A DNA stretch of 64,000 bases. It comes from Rhizophagus irregularis. Its lineage: Eukaryota. Of this stretch, positions 12,801-26,419 are shown in pieces. The number at the start of each line of letters is the position of its first letter. Position 1 is the first letter of the stretch. The stretch spans positions 4,216,001 through 4,280,000 of the forward strand of contig NC_089430.1 of NCBI RefSeq assembly GCF_026210795.1. Direction: 5' to 3'. The notes below the pieces were generated by a model. The model was not told the origin of the DNA. It searched no databases and saw nothing but the letters and a program-made list of their open reading frames with translations. Both the position numbers and the translations under genes were made by a program.

Positions 12801-13880
12801 TTAACATATATTAAAGAACCAAATATCAAATTAATCACGAAATTAAATTTAAGCTCTAAGGTGGATAACTTATGATAAAGTTTATTGATATTAAATAAAT
12901 TACAAAATATGTATTTTGATGAATTGATTAATATGTCATTTGAATAACAAAAATCAAAATTGAAACGAATAGAATCATGAGTTTTTAGCCTTACTTTAAA
13001 GTTTAAATAATTTAAATAATTTAAAAATGTTACATTTATGTTATAAGTTCATGATTTATTTGATTTTTTGATAACTAACGTTCTTAAAAAAAAAACGAAT
13101 GTCAAAATCTTTGATATTCTTATAACTTTTATAACTTGAAAAAAAAAATCGTGAAAGCTAAAATTTTATCTATTTCATCTATTAGAATTTTTGTTTTAGT
13201 TTTTATAGAAATTAAAATCTAAGTTTATTAAAAATGTTGTGTTATTCGAAATTTATTACTGTATTATAAGTGGGAATATTTTTATATGAGTAACATTTAA
13301 CAAATTTTATATATTGTACTATAACTATTGCCGTTAATATCTGAAATGATAAATTTGTACGATAGAAAATAAAAATTACTATTTGATAATATTAAAAATT
13401 TATTATAAATATAGAGTCTATTTTATAATAAAAATTCATCAATTATTATAGTAAGAATGAAACTACTTTTCTTACAGAAAGACGTTCACACCACTATTTT
13501 ATGCTACGCTGCTGCTTAACAAAATTAGTTTTGTATTATGTAGTTTATATTTCGAGTTGTGTTATTCTAGATAATTTTTTCCTGAAGTTAATATAATATT
13601 ATAACAAATTGAACTTTCTTATCTTTATCAATAAATTAATAGGTTAATTTTATGACTTGAAATTATACTCTAGCGTCTTTATTAGTATGACAATCACCTG
13701 TCGATTTGTATTACTGCGATGCCAATTTGATTGAAATGATTTCCTTTTTTATTCTCATTGAATATCCAAATTAAATTACGTATTTGGTAACACAATTTTT
13801 TTTTTTTTTATAATCGTGGAATTCTTTTTCACAAATTTGAAACAAACTTACTTACTTATAACAGAATTTATATTATAAAA

Positions 13881-15541
13881 ATGAGCTTTATTAATGAAAA
13901 TCAATTAGTATCTGAATTTGATAAATTAAATATTTCTGATAAAGATTCAAATCCTGTAAAAATTAATCATGAAAATTGTTATGACCCAGATAATAAAAAA
14001 TATTGGTGTAAAGAATGTGTTCCTCATTGCATAATTGAAGGATGGACCAGCAGTGGAAATGATGATATTGATAATCTTATCAAGGATTCGATTTATAATG
14101 CAAGTAAATTTTATAATAGTAAAGATAGTAAATGGTATCCATCATTTCTTGAATGGGTTCCATTTGATAGATTTGAAGATATGAAACAAATAGGTGAAGG
14201 TGGATTTGCAAAAGTGTATTCTGCAACTTGGATTGATGGTACAGCAAAATACATCAGACAAGATGATGGAAATTGGATAAAAAAAGGACCTGAATCCATG
14301 AAAGTTGCCTTGAAAATGCTAAATGGATTACAGAATATGTCAGCTGATTTTTCAAATGAGGTAATTTTCACATGACATGTACTTATTTTAATTTTAAAAA
14401 AATATTAAAATTTATTTAATTTATTTTAATTTGAATAATAATAGCTTAAAACACATTGGAAATTAAATTGCTTACAAGCAGATTCTTTAAAATTTTATGG
14501 AATAACTAAAGATCCAGAAACTGAAGAAATTATGATGATTATGAAATATGCAAAGGAAGGAAATTTGAGAAATGTTCTTTCAAGCAATTTTAACAAAATT
14601 TTATGGGAAGAGAAAATTAGATATTTATACTTTTCAGCAAATGACCTTAAAATTTTACATAAATTAGGATATTTTCATAAAGATTTTCATAGTGGAAATA
14701 TATTAAATATTGGTGGTACTTCTTATATTTCAGATTTTGGATTATCTAGACCATCAAATGAACAGAAATCATCAGATAGTAATAAAATAGTTGGTGTGTT
14801 GCCATATATTGCTCCAGAAGTTTTAAATGGAGAACCATATACATTATCTTCTGACATTTATAGCTTTGGTGTAGTTATGGCTGAATTATCATCTGGAAAA
14901 CCTCCTTTTTATAAAAGAAAACATGATGGTGGCTTAGCATTAGAAATATGTAATGGACTCAGACCAGAATTTGGAAAAGGAACTCCTGAAATTTATAAGA
15001 AATTAGCTCATAGATGTATGAATGCTAATCCAAATCAAAGACCAACAGCCAATGAATTACGCGAAATATTAATTTGTTGGAATAGTTATTTGACGGATTT
15101 AGGTAAAGATGAAAAATTTGGATATAAAAGAGAAGAAGTTAAAGCTGTATTTGAAGAAGCTGATAAAGAAATACCAAATATTTCAACCTCATATGAAAAA
15201 AAACCTGATGCTATTTATACTAGTAGAACATTTACATTTAAAAATTTGTCAAAACCCATTAATTCATCTTTTATTGCTACCACATATCTTAATGAAGAAG
15301 ATAATGAAGGTATTAAATTTTATGTTATTTTGTACAAATTTTATAAAAATAATTAAGATAATGAATAATTTTATTTATTATAATAGGTTGTCAGGATTCT
15401 CAATTAGTTGGCTTAGAGATTTCTAGCTCATTAAAACTAAAAGGTGAGTATAGTAACTTATTACCTTCAGTTTATCTGTTTTTATGATGTTAAAATAAAC
15501 TAATGTTTTTTTAAATAATAGATAATGATGTTGATAACTAA
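13881..15541 (+). CDS. Tyrosine-kinase-like (TKL) protein kinase, copy A, 4 exons
   Basis: Exons 13881-14360, 14445-15309, 15387-15443, 15522-15541. Motifs GEGGFAKVY, VALK, HKDFHSGNIL, DFG, YIAPE, SDIYSFG; N-terminal WCxxC..WTSGNDDID..LEWVPF segment. Confidence 0.92.
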
Positions 15542-16768
15542 GCGAATCAAATTCAAAATTTTTACCTAAATATTGTTTTTTTATGGTAAGGAATGTAGAT
15601 TTTTTTTATAAATGTATTATATATTAAAGGAAAAATTTACTTTATGACTTCATAATTATTTTATTTCTTGCTTTGGTTTTATTGTTATTCTCATTCTAGT
15701 TTGTCCAATAATTTGATTATTTGATTCTATGAGTTATTTTACTTAAATAATAAAAAATCAATAAATTATATCTTTCGAAATAATAAATTTGGGTATTCAC
15801 AGAAAATTAACACAATAATCGTTATTAATAGTTAAGAACAAAAATAATATTAGATTTATTTTATTTTATCAAATATTCTATGAACGTTCAATATCAATAA
15901 GCAGTTCACCAAATGCAATTAAGAGTCAGTCTTTGCGTAATAATAATTTCATTTAAATAATATATCTTATTATATATCATAATATTATTAAGATGTTTGT
16001 TTATAATGACATTTATTCCTTTATAGAAATCACTCCAATTTTTTTTATGAATCGCATAAAAATCACAAAAAAGTTGAAGAAAGGAATGTACAGTAAATAA
16101 ATAATAATTGTTACTTAAAGTATCTGTTAAAAATTACATTTCAGTAAAAATTATTTTTAAATTTATAACGATAATATTAATAGAGATGAAATAAAAGGGG
16201 TATGATTTTAGTACATAATTTGATAAATTTATATCATTTATTCTTTATTATTTATTTATTTATTTTTAATGAAATTTATCAAAATTTATATACTATTTTA
16301 TTTAGACAAGTTAGGAAACAAAGAATTTTATTTATTTCAATGATTTCCACGTTCAATAGATAAATTATTTTTATTATCCAACATAACTGTACAATCATTA
16401 TTTTATTCTTACATTTAAATCATAATTTATTAGAGAATAATAATTTATTCAAATTAAAGAATAAAAATTCCCATTTTATAGCTAACTTTAATTGTGTGAA
16501 ATATGTTTAATTTTTTAGAAATTTTAATGAATTTGTATATAAAGAATTTATCTAGTATATATATATGTACAGTATTATTACGCATTTTTATTGGTAATAT
16601 GTTACATAAAAATGTACTATATATTAATACATAAAATATTTAATATTCTCAAGCGAAGAGTTTCAGTTTTTATAATTGTTCAAAATATTAATTTTATTTT
16701 TCTATGCTCAACCTTTCTAATTTTTCTCTTATTATAAAAATTAAACTGTTACTTTTTATTACAATATA

Positions 16769-17126
16769 CACAGTGAAATTCGATCTTCAATAAACCAGAT
16801 TCGGGCTTAAACCGGATTTTTTTGCTGGAACCAAATCACGTATATTGAAATACTTTTGAGTTTACTAGTAAAATCTCAAATTTTCTTTTATCGTAGCACG
16901 TGATCATATACCAATAATTTAAGCAACGTGATGCGGTAAATCTTAATTTTGGCCTGAATTATAAAAATCTTAATTCTGGCTGAAATTATACTATATTACT
17001 TATATATTCAATTAAAAATATTTTAATCCAGTATAATAGTTTTAATATATGGAAATTTTTTCGCTATACGAGAAACCGGATATTTTTAGTGGAACCGATA
17101 AATCCAGTTTATTGAATTTCACTTTG
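16769..17126. mobile_element. Tc1/mariner(pogo)-like MITE, internally deleted and degenerate copy
   Basis: TA|CACAGTGAAATTCGAT ... ATTGAATTTCACTTTG|TA; homologous to 23253-23775. Confidence 0.8.
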
Positions 17127-17481
17127 TAAATATTTCATTTCTAAAACTTGATTTTCATTGACTTTTTTTACATCAATCTTCCAAGGTTGTTACAGGCAGC
17201 CAGACTCAAAATTTTATTTATTTTATGTATTTATAAAGAATAATAATCTAGCACTAAAGGCTAAAAAAAAAATTGCAAAAAATTATTGGTTAATAACTTT
17301 GAAAAATAAATGACGAACCATTGTATGTATTGCTAAAATCTGAAATGATTTTAGATTTGTCAGATAGAAAAAGAAAATTATTTAAAAATAATGAATATTT
17401 TATTATGAAATAATATATTTTATAACAAAACTTCATCAATTTTTATAGTAAAAATATAACTACTTAGACGCTCAATACTAT

Positions 17482-18287
17482 TCATGTGTGGCTTCTCTTC
17501 AGAGTTCCTCTGGAGTTAAGTTGTTCATTAAATATCCATAGTAATTGTCCAAAAAGTTCCTCTACACGAGGAGTCAAAGTAGCTTTATTTAACCCTGGCT
17601 CAGACAGAGGCAAAATGATTGGTGTTAAAGAACTTTTGAACACTTCTATTGGTCGATCGTTATTATCAATACCATATAAAACACTTGGAGAGTCGTGATT
17701 ATTTTTTCGATTCTTCTGAAAGGCGGACTGCAATTGTATGATGTTTTGCCCTACCCCGTGATCCACGTCCACTTTTTTGGCTTCTGTGATCAAAATATAC
17801 TTATTGTTAACCATGATCGTCCAATCCACAGGTCCATGTCCATAGCTTCCTACTAATTCATGCTCAGGATATATTTTGATCGAATTTTGAAAAAAATAAG
17901 CCACTCCGTGAAGAATAGGTGATATGTATTCCCTCCTTGACGCTTCATTAGCAGTAGCTACGTTCGGAGAAGTTTTTTGAACCATCAATAGGCTTTCCAC
18001 AATAACGTCTATTGTTTTCTTATAATCTGAGAAATTCATAGTTGAGCCTTCGTATGTTGGCAATTGTTCCCAGCTATCACCTCCAAGTTTAAAAAGCTTT
18101 TTACATCAGTAAAGTGCCATGAAGAAAAGGGTTTTTGGGAAGTCTCGATTGTTAAATGTAATTCTACATCGAAGAATTCCGCCCAGATAATTTCTACTAA
18201 CACTGCGTCATCCGTTAACAGAATAGAACCAGAGCTTTTAGTCTCGTGATTAACGTTTATATCTTCATCTTTCAACTCATTAAAGAA
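17482..18287 (-). pseudogene. Crinkler-family-like PD-(D/E)xK restriction-endonuclease-fold gene, frameshifted
   Basis: NEASRREYISPIL..GHGPVDWTI..ITEAKK..GVGQNIIQL..LYGI motifs; ETSQKPFSSW upstream in a different frame (shift near 18070-18080); the usual TT..W segment after YGI is missing; AG acceptor at 18288-18289. Confidence 0.7.
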
Positions 18288-18739
18288 CTTTAATATAAAA
18301 GAGAAATATATTAGAAATTTAAAGAAATTGCAAAAAAAAAAAATTAATAAATTATCATCTACCCAAAAAGATCATCTCGTCTTAAATTTCATATTTTACG
18401 TTATTGTGATTATCACTTCGCTACTAACTTAAAAATTTTTATAGAAATTTTATAAAAAAAGAAAATAATATTACAAAAGGTTTCAAATGTCAAATGAAAT
18501 TCGATCTTGCTATTACAAAAATGTCAAAATACCAAATAAATATGCATACGAAAATACGAAAATAAGTCAAATGACCAGTTCATCTCCAAACACTGCTGTG
18601 TAGACCATAATTTAACCTTTTTTTAAAGTTTATAAAGTTTATGAATTTTTTCAGCCAATTTTTTTATATCAGTAGTTTTTTTTTTCTTTACGACCAGTTT
18701 ACACTTGAAAAATATAATATTTTCAACTGAATACGAATA

Positions 18740-20180
18740 ATAGTATATTTACTTTGTCATACAGTATTAGATTTTTTTTTTTTTTTTTTGTTGATTGCAA
18801 ATTATGATAACCAAAAAAATGTCCTGATAATTTAATGTATCTTCTTAAGGGAAAGGAAAAATATTTATAAATTTCATAAATGAACAAAATGTTAATCAAG
18901 AATAAAATTTTTTTTATCGTATCATAATATAAATAAAATTTAATAATAATATTTTTTCTCGTAGATTACAAAAAGTATAGAAACCTATCCCCAAAAAAAT
19001 GAATATGACAGTGTGGTTGTTAGTTGGTCATGTTTATGTTCAGACACTTCAAAGTCAATAACTTGTTTGCCGGAATCATTTAGAGAGTAACTAGAAAAAA
19101 ATCCGAACCATTTTTATATGTACTGTCGAAATTGTAATAAAATGTATCGGATCTTTAATGTACGATAAATACTGTATAATTTATGTCATGTTAATGAAGT
19201 TTAATCACAATTTTACTGTCTGATATCTTTATTGTTTAATAGATTTCCTGAAGTACATTATCTTACAAACTACAATCGGGAATATTTTACAAACTTTATG
19301 AATGAAAAATAAAAAGAATTTTTTTTTAAAAAAAAAAGAAAAAGAAAATGTGAAAAAAAAATCGAATTTTAATATTGTTCTTTACAGGTTAATAAAATCA
19401 TCTTTTACCTAAAATATCTAATCTGGTACAATAAATACGAAGTGTGTGCCATTTGGTCATGTGAATTCTCAAGTGAGCGCGAAAAATCTTTTAATGCGAA
19501 TAATTTTAGAAAATTTTAATATGCTCTAGAAAGAGAAAAAGACTTTTTCTAGAAGAATTGTTCGGAATCCCACAATAAATGTCAGATCTCGAGTTTCCAT
19601 TTGCTGAAGCGAAGACCTTACAGAACATACAGAGTTGATGAATTGTGTTTGGTTTGTATTAATTTTATTTTATATTTTATATATTAGTAATTAAAAGTGT
19701 ATTCATTCATTTTTACGAAATGTAATTTACTTTTCGTTAAAGATTACGAAATCGTTCGTCATCTGATCGATAATAATCGATCATTGGAAATGCCGTCACG
19801 AACTACGATGTAAAATGGACATAAATGGAAATGTCAACATGATCCTAAATGTAAATGGTCTGTGGTGTATGTTCCAACGTAGTAGAAACAAAGAGTGTAA
19901 ATGTAAAAAGAAATGTGATTGGAAATGTAAAGATCTATTGACAAATAAAAACAAGTGGCAATGTGAGGATAGATTATGTAGATGTCAACAACAATACAAC
20001 ATAAAATGGTTAAATAAAATGGAGTTGTCAACGTGATCAAAAATGTGAAACTGAACGGAAATGCCAACGGGATTGGTTATGCTTAAATGAATGGAAAAGT
20101 GAAGAATATACTCATGAATTACTCAATGAGTGCCTAAAAAAATCACAAAGTGAACAAGAACCAATTTTTTAAAAAGGGCT
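18740..20180 (+). pseudogene. Pseudogene copy of the tandem 3CxxC gene
   Basis: Colinear with exons 1-6 of 9735-11850; ATG changed to ATA at 18740; TAA at 19088; further stops near 19517 and 19550; frameshifts; truncated at ~20180 before the final domain. Confidence 0.85.
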
Positions 20181-20724
20181 GAGGTCATGTGCACATTCCG
20201 ATGGGCTAATTTAATGAAATTTTAACTTCTTAGAAATTTTATCAATTTTATCGGCTTTTTATTCTTTTTTTTTTCAAAACCGATTTTTTCAAATTTTTTT
20301 TTTTGGTTTTTTCTCAACTTAAATTTTTTTTTTCAAATATTAATTTTCCTTTTTCAGTTTTCTTTTTCAAATTGAAATTTTTTTTTCACTTGGTTTTTTT
20401 TCAACCCGAAAAAATGTGGTTTATTCCATTCTAGGTTTGGATCGATGATTAGATTGATGCTGCAGGGGCACTTTCTTTTTTCCTATTACTAATGCTTTCC
20501 CCTTAATAATTTTTTTTTTTGTTCCTTTCATCTCTTAGGTTTGGATCGAGATCATTGCTGCGAAATAATTGAAATAAATATATATTGTTATGTTTTAATG
20601 AATTATAATCTTTTAATATTTAGAATAAATATAAATACTAGTATATAATCACTAAAATTATATATTAATTTATTGTATAGCTTAAGTCCATTGATCCTAG
20701 TGCGAAGCAACGGGCGACTGCTAG
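20181..20724 (+). mobile_element. Probable non-autonomous Helitron-like element (T-rich body, 3' hairpin + CTAG)
   Basis: Ends cctagtgcgaagcaacgggcgactg-CTAG|T, a degenerate form of the CCCGTGCGAAGCACGGG..CTAG|T Helitron 3' end; 5' boundary approximate. Confidence 0.5.
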
Positions 20725-21235
20725 TTAGCTACTATAAAAATTCATAATTTAAATAACAATAAAATAAAATATGTACTCATCAGAAACCTTTTCAAATATT
20801 TCAAGGCAATCAATTTTAATGATAGGAACGTGCCAGCAATAACATTAATATGAGCGGTATGAGCCTCTAGCATTTTAAGTGTCTTCTACAATATATTTTC
20901 CATTATGCAAAGAAGATTTTATTTTTTATTTATTTTTAAATCAGAAAATAAAAATTTATTTATTTTATTATTTTACTTTATAATTTAACATGCTGAGTGA
21001 CCTCCGTTTTTCACTATCATTATAAAGACCTTAATTTTGCTTTGGACGATAAAAAATTACGTAACTTATTCCAATAATTGTGAATACTCTTAATAATTTT
21101 TAATAAAAATTTAATCGTAATATTCCTTTAAAAGTTTCTTATGTAAAACCATCATATAATAAAATATAGTTTAGGCTATAAAATAAATATACTAAATAAT
21201 TTTTTAAAAAAAAAAAAATTGTGAATATAAATTAT

Positions 21236-22867
21236 TTAGTTATCACTATTGTCTTCTATTATTAAAAATTAATAAAACATTAGTACATTTTATTTTATAT
21301 CATAAAATTAATATCATAAATATATAGTTGATTATATTTACCTTCTAATTTTGATGTATTAGGAACCTCTAAGTCAACTAATTGAGAATCTTGACAACCT
21401 ATCATAATAAATAAAATTAAACATTATCTTAATTATTTTATAAAATTTAAAAAATATAATATAGTAAAATGTACCTTCATTATCTTCTTCATTAAGATAT
21501 GTAGTAGCAATAAAAGATGAATTAATGGGTTTTGACAAATTACTGAATGTAAATGCTCTACTAGTATAAATAGCATCAGGTTTTTTTTCATATGAGGTTG
21601 AAATATTTGGTATTTCTTTATCAGCTTCTTCAAATACAGCTTTAACTTCTTCTCCTTTATATCCATATTTTTCATTATCTTTATAATTATCCCAACAATT
21701 TAATATTTCTTCTAATTCATTGGCTATTGGTCTTTGATTTGGATTAGCATTCATACATCTATGAGCTAATTTCTTATAAATTTCAGGAGTTCCTTTTCCA
21801 AATTCTGGTCTGAGTCCATTACATATTTCTAATGCTAAGCCACCATCATGTTTTCTTTTATAAAAAGGAGGTTTTCCAGATGATAATTCAGTCATAACTA
21901 CACCAAAGCTATAAATGTCAGAAGATAATGTATATGGTTCTCCATTTAAAACTTCTGGAGCAATATATGGCAACACACCAACTATTTTATTACTATCTGA
22001 TGATTTCTGTTCATTTGATGGTCTAGATAATCCAAAATCTGAAATATAAGAATAACCCCTAATATTTAATATATTTCCACTATGAAAATCTTTATGAAAA
22101 TATCCTAATTCATGTAAGTATTTAAGGTCTAGTGCTGAACATTGTAAATAAGTTATTTTCTCATCCCATAAAATTTTATTAAAATTACTTGAAAGAAAAT
22201 TTCTCAAATTTCCATTATTTGCATATTGTATAATTATCATAATTTCTTCAGTTTCTGGATCTTTGGTTATTCCATAAAATTTTAAAGAATTACCTTGTAA
22301 GCAATTTAATTTCCAATGCGTTTTAAGCTATTATTATTTAAATTAAAATAAATTAAATAAATTTTAATGTTTTTTAAAATTAAAATAAGTACATGTTAAA
22401 AAAAATACCTCATTTAAAAGATCAGATGACATATTCTGTGATCCATTTAGCCGTTTCAAAGCAACTTGTATGGGTTCAGGTTCTTCTTTTATCCAATTTC
22501 CGTCATCTTGTTTAATGTATTTTGCCATACCATCGATCCAAGTCGCAGAATACACTTTTGCAAATCCACCTTCACCTATTTGTTTCATATCTTCAAATCT
22601 ATCAAATGGAACCCATTCAAGAAATATTGGATAATCATAGCTTTTCCTTATGTTATAAATCGAATCCTTGATAAAATTATCAATATCATCATTTCCACTG
22701 GTCCATCCTTCAATTATGCAACGAGGAACACATTCTTCACACCAAAATATATAATTATCTGGGTCGTAACAATTTTCATGATTAATTTTTACGGGATTAG
22801 AATCTTTATCAGAAATATTTAATATATCAAATTCAGATACTAATTGATTTTCATTACTAAAGCTCAT
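21236..22867 (-). CDS. TKL protein kinase, copy B, 4 exons (inverted paralog of copy A)
   Basis: Exons 22867-22409, 22327-21475, 21398-21342, 21255-21236; same motifs and intron positions as copy A. Confidence 0.92.
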
Positions 22868-23252
22868 TTTTATAATATAAATTCTGTTAGAAGTAAATAA
22901 GTTTGTTTCAAAGAATTTTACGTTGCAAAAAAAAAAAATTGGCGTTACTTTTATATTTAACTAAATTCGGATATTCAATGAATCAATGAAGATAAAAAGG
23001 AATTATCTTAACCAAAATTGTCATGGTAGGATTGACAATTCAAATATAGATCGTCACACTATTATAAAAGTGTTTTAAATTACAAAAAAATTTTGTTAAT
23101 TTTATTGATAGGTGAAATGTAACTTTTTAAAGCCGAATTAGATTATACTCCTATTTATTAACTTGGTTTACAAATTTGGGAAACCTTCTTCGTTATTAAA
23201 CTAGTAGTAAATGGGGTAACATTCGTCATTTATTATACTTTTAAAAAATATA

Positions 23253-23775
23253 CACAGTGAAATTCGATAAACCGGATATTTGATAAACCGGATTTAGGCC
23301 TAAACCGGACTTTTTTGCTGGAACCAAATCACGTATATTAAAATAGGCTCGATATACCGGAGTTTACTAGTAAAAGCTCGATATTCGCTATAACGGATCA
23401 ATTTTTTAACCAGCTATAGTAAAAATGATTCGATGAACCGGATCACGTGACTTGTAACCAATAAAATTTAAGTAACGTGATTCGGTAAATCTTAAATTTG
23501 GCCGGAATTATAAAAATCTTAATTCCGGCTGAAGTTAAGTATTACTTATATATTCAATTAAAATATTTTATATTCATTTTCATGACCTCTATAACTTAAA
23601 ACTAGATGAAAAAATCAAATTATAGTGTATATTAGTTTTATTAGCATGAAAATTTTTTAAAAATTCAATACAATAGATTTTCAATATATCGAAATTTTTT
23701 CGCTAAACCGGATATCCCGATAAACCGGATATTTTTAGTGGAACCGATAGATCCGGTTTATCGAATTTCACTGTG
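23253..23775. mobile_element. Tc1/mariner(pogo)-like MITE (523 bp)
   Basis: TIR CACAGTGAAATTCGATAAACCGGAT / ATCCGGTTTATCGAATTTCACTGTG flanked by TA on both sides; internal AAACCGGA repeats. Confidence 0.88.
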
Positions 23776-26419
23776 TACTTAACTCGCACATGTAATAAAT
23801 AAAAAAATATTTATATTATATTATTACGAGACCCTCTAATTTTATATTGTATCATCTGTTAAAATTTCCTAATAAATAAATAATAGGATGAAAACAATTT
23901 ATATTATTTTTAATTCGTAAATTTATGGTAGGTAATATAACTAAGAATATTATCACCATTTTTTATTTACCAAAATATTCCTTGGAAAACTTTAAAATAT
24001 ACAACTCGAAGTATGAACTACAAAATATGATCCAGATTTACTGACAAAATGGGAGGAGCTTTTATAATTTTTATAATGCATCAACATTATTCCCTTATTT
24101 TTGAGGAAACAAATAAATTGATTAAATTTAATAATACGATAAATTACAACGTTTGTTTTACAAGTTCTAACAGGTCCAGGAGTAAAACTAAATTTATCAT
24201 GATTTAATAGAATAAGGGAACTGGTTCAATCTTGTTTTGGCATCGATTTCTTACATCTTTATCTACAACTACTTTCATAATTTATATGAAATTTAGAATA
24301 GTCTCCATATAAATAATTTGAATTATGTAATATGAAAACCCGTGCCGTAATATGATATGCATGCGCCCGTATTTATATTATGGTCAAAATGATTTTTGTC
24401 TACAACTGAAAAATAAAATAAAAAAAATAAAGTCAAAATGATTTATTCCGGTTAATGAAATTTTTTAATTCATAGAATGAAAATTTTCTGAAATTTTATA
24501 CTTTCTATTTTTATTTTGTCAGTTTCTTTTTAAAAGCTGGAAAAATTTTTTAATTATTTTTTTATTTTTGGTTTTTTAATACTGAAAATAATTTTTTTTA
24601 ATCATTTTTTTTTTATTTTTTTTCGGTTCAAATCGAAATAGATTTTTTTTTTTTAATTAGTTTTCATTTTCGGTTACTAAAATTAAAATTTCTTTTTTAA
24701 TTGTTTTTTTTATGTTCAATCTTTCTTTCGGAGTCAAAAAATCATTTATTTTTGATTTTACGATCTTTTTCTTATTGTTAAATAGATTTTTTCTTTATTA
24801 ATATATTAATTATTTTACTAATAATTAATGCCAATAGAAAAGGATTTTTTTTTGCTATTGTTTTTTTTTATTGTTCCTTACCAATTGGAATAAAATTTAT
24901 AAAATTTAAGGGGTAACAGATTGTGTTAATTGTTTGGTGTACAGACGTAGAATGATATTGTAGTTCTTGCCGTTTATGGATAATGCTGGTGAGCTGGTAA
25001 AAATTTTTATATATTTTTCAACAGATTACGTGATTAGTTATCTTTAATATCGATTCATAGTAATAAGAACTATTTTTTTGTTTCCATAGTCTAAAATTTC
25101 TTAGATTATAATCAAGTTTATTTAATACAATGCAAAATAATAAAATTATTAAACTGTCCGCTTTGTGTACAAAATTATTCCAAATTATCTGTGATTAATA
25201 AAAAATTATTTATATTTTTCCAATAGTATTACAAATTTACAAAATAATTTTAACAAAAATAATAGTTTTAAAATGTATGTATTATTTCAAGTATTTGTAT
25301 TATTATTTTAAATACATATTTTCACATTAAATTATAGTAAATATTTATTATTATTAAATCGCTTGAATAGCGCAGTGCGTATTTCTATTGGCTACCATCA
25401 CGTGATTTCATAATAATTCGGCTTTTGAGATCTTTTTTCTTTTCATGTTCTCTCAACCTTGACCTTTTTTTGACGACCTTTCCGAAGGACTATCGCGGAG
25501 TTACGCCTTTCTTAATCGTTGACTTGGTTGGAGACAAACGGAAATTAAAAAAAAAAAAGAGAAGAGAAATCTCGTGATTTAGTTTCATAAAATTGTGATC
25601 TGCGTCTGTGTCACACGGCTATAGTTCTTTTTATTTTACCATGAATGTTTAAATAATCTTGTTATAGTAAATTTCACCATTCCGGAAAAATAATTATACC
25701 TTTATTTGATTTCAATGACAATAATAATGAAATTTATGAAAACCAATTCTAGAATTCTAGAAAATTAGAAATTTTTCTTACATAATCGAGGATCTATTTT
25801 TATACTAACTAAAAAATATGAAGAAATATTTAGGAATTTCAGATTTTTTAACAAATCTTTACAGAATTTGTTTAATTTAATAATATAAATAAGAAAGTTA
25901 ACGTTTTCAAAGATGAAATTTCATGTAGGGATAAAAAAAAAATAAACATTGTGAACATTATACCATAGAAATGAATGTACATGGATGATCTTGTATAACA
26001 TCAAATCGTTTGTAAAATGTAATTTTTATGGAATATTCTGATTCGAATTTCTTATAAATTAATAAAAATCATTTAAAAAAGATATTTACTGTATTACAGT
26101 AACTCTATTTGGTATAATGAGTTGTATTTATTATCTAATTATGTTTAATATTAAAATCTTTTTCTTACTAATTGATTTTTTTTGATTGACGAATGATGAG
26201 ACTTTGCATGAATATTCAGGACAATGAGAAATGTCGAATATTCATATATCATCTCTTTGTTTTTGGTAATTTGTTTAACAAACAATATCAATTTAGGATA
26301 TATATAATCAAATATTAATAAATTTTTGATTTACAAAGTATAAATAAGGTGGATTTAACGAAAAGAAACTATCAGATAATTTTAAACTTCTTTTTTTTAA
26401 AAAAAAATTTCATCACATC

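Noticed and set aside
15109..15426. Overlapping ORFs on the kinase genes (also 14111-14371, 21433-21675, 22466-22822)
   Set aside because: Shadow frames of real genes; their conservation is explained by the kinase duplication.
23253..23300. MITE terminus CACAGTG equals the V(D)J RSS heptamer / Transib-like end
   Set aside because: No ACAAAAACC nonamer at a 12- or 23-bp spacing and no 5-bp TSD; both copies are flanked by TA, which fits Tc1/pogo.
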